NCBI GenBank assembly: GCA_032718475.1 | Contig: JAUCBJ010006414.1 | Location: forward strand, 45,265 to 109,264 | DNA length: 64,000 nucleotides | Direction of reading: 5' to 3' | From: Nemertoderma westbladi | Taxonomy: Eukaryota > Animalia > Xenacoelomorpha | In this document: one piece after another, positions 56,800 through 64,000 of the stretch | How the letters are laid out: each line of letters begins with the position of its first letter | Position numbering within the stretch: the stretch's first letter is position 1 | Program-made: the position numbers and the translations under genes | Notes under the pieces: generated by a model | Seen by the model: the letters and a program-made list of their open reading frames with translations, nothing else | Database searches by the model: none | What the model was told of the DNA's origin: nothing

Positions 56800-59700
56800 C
56801 AAGTACACACTCGACATAATAATGCAGTTCAACAAACTTCTCCCGAGTACACACTCGACATAATAATGCAGTTCAACAAACTTCTCCCAAGTACACACTC
56901 GACATAATAATGCAGTTCAACAAACTTCTCCCCCACAGTCACATAATAATGCAGTTCAACAAACTTCTCCCAAGTACACACTCGACATAATAATGCAGTT
57001 CAACAAACTTCTCCCAAGTACACACTCGACATAATAATGCAGTTCAACAAACTTCTCCCAAGTACACACTCGACATAATAATGCAGTTCAACAAACTTCT
57101 CCCGAGTACACACTCGACATAATAATGCAGTTCAACAAACTTCTCCCCCACAGTCACATAATAATGCAGTTCAACAAACTTCTCCCGAATACACACTCGA
57201 CATAATAATGCAGTTCAACAAACTTCTCCCAAGTACACACTCGACATAATAATGCAGTTCAACAAACTTCTCCCAAGTACACACTCGACATAATAATGCA
57301 GTTCAACAAACTTCTCCCAAGTACACACTCGACATAATAATGCAGTTCAACAAACTTCTCCCAAGTACACACTCGACATAATAATGCAGTTCAACAAACT
57401 TCTCCCAAGTACACACTCGACATAATAATGCAGTTCAACAAACTTCTCCCAAGTACACACTCGACATAATAATGCAGTTCAACAAACTTCTCCCAAGTAC
57501 ACACTCGACATAATAATGCAGTTCAACAAACTTCTCCCAAGTACACACTCGACATAATAATGCAGTTCAACAAACTTCTCCCAAGTACACACTCGACATA
57601 ATAATGCAGTTCAACAAACTTCTCCCCCACAGTCACATAATAATGCAGTTCAACAAACTTCTCCCAAGTACACACTCGACATAATAATGCAGTTCAACAA
57701 ACTTCTCCCAAGTACACACTCGACATAATAATGCAGTTCAACAAACTTCTCCCAAGTACACACTCGACATAATAATGCAGTTCAACAAACTTCTCCCAAG
57801 TACACACTCGACATAATAATGCAGTTCAACAAACTTCTCCCAAGTACACACTCGACATAATAATGCAGTTCAACAAACTTCTCCCAAGTACACACTCGAC
57901 ATAATAATGCAGTTCAACAAACTTCTCCCAAGTACACACTCGACATAATAATGCAGTTCAACAAACTTCTCCCCCACAGTCACATAATAATGCAGTTCAA
58001 CAAACTTCTCCCAAGTACACACTCGACATAATAATGCAGTTCAACAAACTTCTCCCAAGTACACACTCGACATAATAATGCAGTTCAACAAACTTCTCCC
58101 AAGTACACACTCGACATAATAATGCAGTTCAACAAACTTCTCCCAAGTACACACTCGACATAATAATGCAGTTCAACAAACTTCTCCCAAGTACACACTC
58201 GACATAATAATGCAGTTCAACAAACTTCTCCCAAGTACACACTCGACATAATAATGCAGTTCAACAAACTTCTCCCAAGTACACACTCGACATAATAATG
58301 CAGTTCAACAAACTTCTCCCAAGTACACACTCGACATAATAATGCAGTTCAACAAACTTCTCCCAAGTACACACTCGACATAATAATGCAGTTCAACAAA
58401 CTTCTCCCAAGTACACACTCGACATAATAATGCAGTTCAACAAACTTCTCCCGAGTACACACTCGACATAATAATGCAGTTCAACAAACTTCTCCCCCAC
58501 AGTCACATAATAATGCAGTTCAACAAACTTCTCCCAAGTACACACTGTCACATAATAATGCAGTTCAACAAACTTCTCCCAAGTACACACTCGACATAAT
58601 AATGCAGTTCAACAAACTTCTCCCAAGTACACACTGTCACATAATAATGCGGTTCAACAAACTTCTCCCGAATACACACTGTCACATAATAATGCAGTTC
58701 AACAAACTTCTCCCAAGTACACACTGTCACATAATAATGCGGTTCAACAAACTTCTCCCCCACAGTCACATAATAATGCAGTTCAACAAACTTCTCCCAA
58801 GTACACACTCGACATAATAATGCAGTTCAACAAACTTCTCCCAAGTACACACTCGACATAATAATGCAGTTCAACAAACTTCTCCCGAATACACACTGTC
58901 ACATAATAATGCAGTTCAACAAACTTCTCCCAAGTACACACTGTCACATAATAATGCAGTTCAACAAACTTCTCCCAAGTACACACTCGACATAATAATG
59001 CAGTTCAACAAACTTCTCCCAAGTACACACTGTCACATAATAATGCAGTTCAACAAACTTCTCCCAAGTACACACTGTCACATAATAATGCAGTTCAACA
59101 AACTTCTCCCAAGTACACACTCGACATAATAATGTAGTTCAACAAACTTCTCCCAAGTACACACTCGACATAATAATGCAGTTCAACAAACTTCTCCCAA
59201 GTACACACTCGACATAATAATGCAGTTCAACAAACTTCTCCCAAGTACACACTCGACATAATAATGTAGTTCAACAAACTTCTCCCAAGTACACACTCGA
59301 CATAATAATGCAGTTCAACAAACTTCTCCCAAGTACACACTCGACATAATAATGTAGTTCAACAAACTTCTCCCAAGTACACACTCGACATAATAATGCA
59401 GTTCAACAAACTTCTCCCAAGTACACACTCGACATAATAATGCAGTTCAACAAACTTCTCCCAAGTACACACTCGACATAATAATGCAGTTCAACAAACT
59501 TCTCCCAAGTACACACTCGACATAATAATGCAGTTCAACAAACTTCTCCCAAGTACACACTCGACATAATAATGCAGTTCAACAAACTTCTCCCAAGTAC
59601 ACACTCGACATAATAATGCAGTTCAACAAACTTCTCCCAAGTACACACTCGACATAATAATGCAGTTCAACAAACTTCTCCCGAATACACACAGTCACAT

Positions 59701-61000
59701 AATAATGCAGTTCAACAAACTTCTCCCAAGTACACACTCGACATAATAATGCAGTTCAACAAACTTCTCCCAAGTACACACTCGACATAATAATGCAGTT
59801 CAACAAACTTCTCCCAAGTACACACTCGACATAATAATGCAGTTCAACAAACTTCTCCCAAGTACACACTCGACATAATAATGCAGTTCAACAAACTTCT
59901 CCCAAGTACACACTCGACATAATAATGCAGTTCAACAAACTTCTCCCGAATACACACTGTCACATAATAATGCAGTTCAACAAACTTCTCCCAAGTACAC
60001 ACTCGACATAATAATGCAGTTCAACAAACTTCTCCCAAGTACACACTCGACATAATAATGCAGTTCAACAAACTTCTCCCAAGTACACACTCGACATAAT
60101 AATGCAGTTCAACAAACTTCTCCCAAGTACACACTCGACATAATAATGCAGTTCAACAAACTTCTCCCAAGTACACACTCGACATAATAATGCAGTTCAA
60201 CAAACTTCTCCCGAGTACACACTCGACATAATAATGCAGTTCAACAAACTTCTCCCCCACAGTCACATAATAATGCAGTTCAACAAACTTCTCCCAAGTA
60301 CACACTGTCACATAATAATGCAGTTCAACAAACTTCTCCCAAGTACACACTCGACATAATAATGCAGTTCAACAAACTTCTCCCAAGTACACACTGTCAC
60401 ATAATAATGCGGTTCAACAAACTTCTCCCGAATACACACTGTCACATAATAATGCAGTTCAACAAACTTCTCCCAAGTACACACTGTCACATAATAATGC
60501 GGTTCAACAAACTTCTCCCCCACAGTCACATAATAATGCAGTTCAACAAACTTCTCCCAAGTACACACTCGACATAATAATGCAGTTCAACAAACTTCTC
60601 CCAAGTACACACTCGACATAATAATGCAGTTCAACAAACTTCTCCCGAATACACACTGTCACATAATAATGCAGTTCAACAAACTTCTCCCAAGTACACA
60701 CTGTCACATAATAATGCAGTTCAACAAACTTCTCCCAAGTACACACTCGACATAATAATGCAGTTCAACAAACTTCTCCCAAGTACACACTGTCACATAA
60801 TAATGCAGTTCAACAAACTTCTCCCAAGTACACACTGTCACATAATAATGCAGTTCAACAAACTTCTCCCAAGTACACACTCGACATAATAATGTAGTTC
60901 AACAAACTTCTCCCAAGTACACACTCGACATAATAATGCAGTTCAACAAACTTCTCCCAAGTACACACTCGACATAATAATGCAGTTCAACAAACTTCTC
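56800..61000 (+). repeat. Sub-domain of long homogeneous 44-bp C runs with interspersed F monomers and a block duplicated at a 1760-bp offset
   Basis: C runs at about 57200-58430 and 59100-60180; ORF sets at 58393/58548/58783 are repeated at 60153/60308/60543. Confidence 0.85.
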
Positions 61001-64000
61001 CCGAATACACACTGTCACATAATAATGCAGTTCAACAAACTTCTCCCAAGTACACACTCGACATAATAATGCAGTTCAACAAACTTCTCCCAAGTACACA
61101 CTCGACATAATAATGCAGTTCAACAAACTTCTCCCGAATACACACTGTCACATAATAATGCAGTTCAACAAACTTCTCCCAAGTACACACTCGACATAAT
61201 AATGCAGTTCAACAAACTTCTCCCAAGTACACACTCGACATAATAATGCAGTTCAACAAACTTCTCCCGAATACACACTGTCACATAATAATGCAGTTCA
61301 ACAAACTTCTCCCGAATACACACTGTCACATAATAATGCAGTTCAACAAACTTCTCCCGAATACACACTGTCACATAATAATGCAGTTCAACAAACTTCT
61401 CCCAAGTACACACTCGACATAATAATGCAGTTCAACAAACTTCTCCCAAGTACACACTCGACATAATAATGCAGTTCAACAAACTTCTCCCGAATACACA
61501 CTGTCACATAATAATGCAGTTCAACAAACTTCTCCCAAGTACACACTGTCACATAATAATGCAGTTCAACAAACTTCTCCCAAGTACACACTCGACATAA
61601 TAATGCAGTTCAACAAACTTCTCCCGAATACACACTGTCACATAATAATGCAGTTCAACAAACTTCTCCCAAGTACACACTCGACATAATAATGCAGTTC
61701 AACAAACTTCTCCCAAGTACACACTGTCACATAATAATGCAGTTCAACAAACTTCTCCCAAGTACACACTCGACATAATAATGCAGTTCAACAAACTTCT
61801 CCCAAGTACACACTCGACATAATAATGCAGTTCAACAAACTTCTCCCGAATACACACTGTCACATAATAATGCAGTTCAACAAACTTCTCCCAAGTACAC
61901 ACTGTCACATAATAATGCAGTTCAACAAACTTCTCCCAAGTACACACTCGACATAATAATGCAGTTCAACAAACTTCTCCCAAGTACACACTCGACATAA
62001 TAATGCAGTTCAACAAACTTCTCCCGAATACACACTGTCACATAATAATGCAGTTCAACAAACTTCTCCCAAGTACACACTCGACATAATAATGCAGTTC
62101 AACAAACTTCTCCCAAGTACACACTCGACATAATAATGCAGTTCAACAAACTTCTCCCAAGTACACACTCGACATAATAATGCAGTTCAACAAACTTCTC
62201 CCGAATACACACTGTCACATAATAATGCAGTTCGACAAACTTCTCCCAAGTACACACTCGACATAATAATGCAGTTCAACAAACTTCTCCCGAATACACA
62301 CTGTCACATAATAATGCAGTTCAACAAACTTCTCCCAAGTACACACTCGACATAATAATGTAGTTCAACAAACTTCTCCCAAGTACACACTGTTACATAA
62401 TAATGCAGTTCAACAAACTTCTCCCGAATACACACTGTCACATAATAATGCAGTTCAACAAACTTCTCCCAAGTACACACTGTCACATAATAATGCAGTT
62501 CAACAAACTTCTCCCAAGTACACACTGTCACATAATAATGCAGTTCAACAAACTTCTCCCGAATACACACTCGACATAATAATGCAGTTCAACAAACTAC
62601 TCCCGAATACACACTGTCACATAATAATGCAGTTCAACAAACTTCTCCCGAATACACACTGTCACATAATAATGCAGTTCAACAAACTTCTCCCAAGTAC
62701 ACACTCGACATAATAATGCAGTTCAACAAACTTCTCCCGAATACACACTGTCACATAATAATGCAGTTCAACAAACTTCTCCCGAATACACACTGTCACA
62801 TAATAATGCAGTTCAACAAACTTCTCCCAAGTACACACTCGACATAATAATGCAGTTCAACAAACTTCTCCCGAATACACACTGTCACATAATAATGCAG
62901 TTCAACAAACTTCTCCCAAGTACACACTGTCACATAATAATGCAGTTCAACAAACTTCTCCCGAATACACACTCGACATAATAATGCAGTTCAACAAACT
63001 TCTCCCAAGTACACACTCGACATAATAATGCAGTTCAACAAACTTCTCCCGAATACACACTGTCACATAATAATGCAGTTCAACAAACTTCTCCCAAGTA
63101 CACACTCGACATAATAATGCAGTTCAACAAACTTCTCCCGAATACACACTGTCACATAATAATGCAGTTCAACAAACTTCTCCCAAGTACACACTGTCAC
63201 ATAATAATGCAGTTCAACAAACTTCTCCCGAATACACACTGTCACATAATAATGTAGTTCAACAAACTACTCCCGAATACACACTGTCACATAATAATGC
63301 AGTTCAACAAACTTCTCCCGAATACACACTGTCACATAATAATGCAGTTCAACAAACTTCTCCCGAATACACACTCGACATAATAATGCAGTTCAACAAA
63401 CTACTCCCGAATACACACTGTCACATAATAATGCAGTTCAACAAACTTCTCCCGAATACACACTGTCACATAATAATGCAGTTCAACAAACTTCTCCCGA
63501 ATACACACTCGACATAATAATGCAGTTCAACAAACTTCTCCCGAATACACACTCGACATAATAATGCAGTTCTACAAACTTCTCCCGAATACACACTGTC
63601 ACATAATAATGCAGTTCAACAAACTTCTCCCAAGTACACACTCGACATAATAATGCAGTTCAACAAACTTCTCCCAAGTACACACTCGACATAATAATGC
63701 AGTTCAACAAACTTCTCCCAAGTACACACTCGACATAATAATGCAGTTCAACAAACTTCTCCCAAGTACACACTCGACATAATAATGCAGTTCAACAAAC
63801 TTCTCCCAAGTACACACTCGACATAATAATGCAGTTCAACAAACTTCTCCCAAGTACACACTCGACATAATAATGCAGTTCAACAAACTTCTCCCAAGTA
63901 CACACTCGACATAATAATGCAGTTCAACAAACTTCTCCCAAGTACACACTCGACATAATAATGCAGTTCAACAAACTTCTCCCGAATACACACTCGACAT

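Larger units (their letters stand above)
1..64000 (+). repeat. Satellite / large minisatellite tandem array of 39-45 bp monomers (30-bp constant core plus 9-15 bp variable tail), head-to-tail and truncated by both window ends
   Basis: The core ACATAATAATGCAGTTCAACAAACTTCTCC (e.g. 24-53, 68-97) recurs every 39-45 bp through the whole window. I saw no non-repeat sequence and no inverted copy. The 45-bp monomer A is A17/C13/T11/G4 (about 38% GC, strongly G-poor on the + strand). Confidence 0.99.

Noticed and set aside
10040-63580. Singleton substitutions (e.g. CTTCCCCC near 10052, TAAACAC near 31471, GAATGCAC near 34655, CAATGTC near 47107, TTCGAC near 62233, TCTACAA near 63572)
   Set aside because: Isolated point mutations or base-call errors with no pattern or propagation.
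1-64000. CRISPR-like layout: 30-bp constant repeat containing GTTCAAC plus a variable spacer
   Set aside because: The spacers are only 9-15 bp and are a handful of related alleles reused hundreds of times, not unique sequences. There is no leader and no cas gene.
1-64000. Telomeric repeat or G-quadruplex array, suggested by the C/A-rich vs G/T-rich strand asymmetry
   Set aside because: The unit is longer and more heterogeneous than typical telomerase repeats, and there is only one short G-run per monomer on the - strand. A subtelomeric location is possible but cannot be shown here.
1-64000. Synthetic DNA data storage or a deliberate message in the monomer order
   Set aside because: Nested duplications, localised private mutations and gradual domain transitions fit natural tandem-repeat turnover. 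No addressing or framing structure is visible.

Overview
The whole 64 kb window is one uninterrupted head-to-tail tandem array (satellite or giant minisatellite DNA) of roughly 1,450 monomers, all in the same orientation and running off both ends. Each monomer has a near-invariant 30-bp core, ACATAATAATGCAGTTCAACAAACTTCTCC, followed by one of a few short tails: CGAATACACACTGTC (A, 45-bp monomer), CAAGTACACACTGTC (B, 45), CAAGTACACACTCG (C, 44), CGAATACACACTCG (D, 44), ACCACAGTC (E, 39), CCCACAGTC (F, 39) and ACCACACTCG (G, 40), plus rarer point variants. I see no genes, RNA genes, transposons or CRISPR array. The long ORFs appear only where 45- and 39-bp monomers (multiples of 3) follow each other. 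The information lies in the order of variants: kb-scale domains with private markers, local 84- and 89-bp dimers, nested block duplications (about 0.26-1.8 kb), a variant that perfects a palindrome (AGTTCA-C-TGAACT), a possible 25-27 kb macro-periodicity, and clusters of hybrid monomers that may be consensus artefacts. I cannot assign a species or a named satellite family; a eukaryotic heterochromatic origin is an inference. I found no evidence for a novel protein-coding system.
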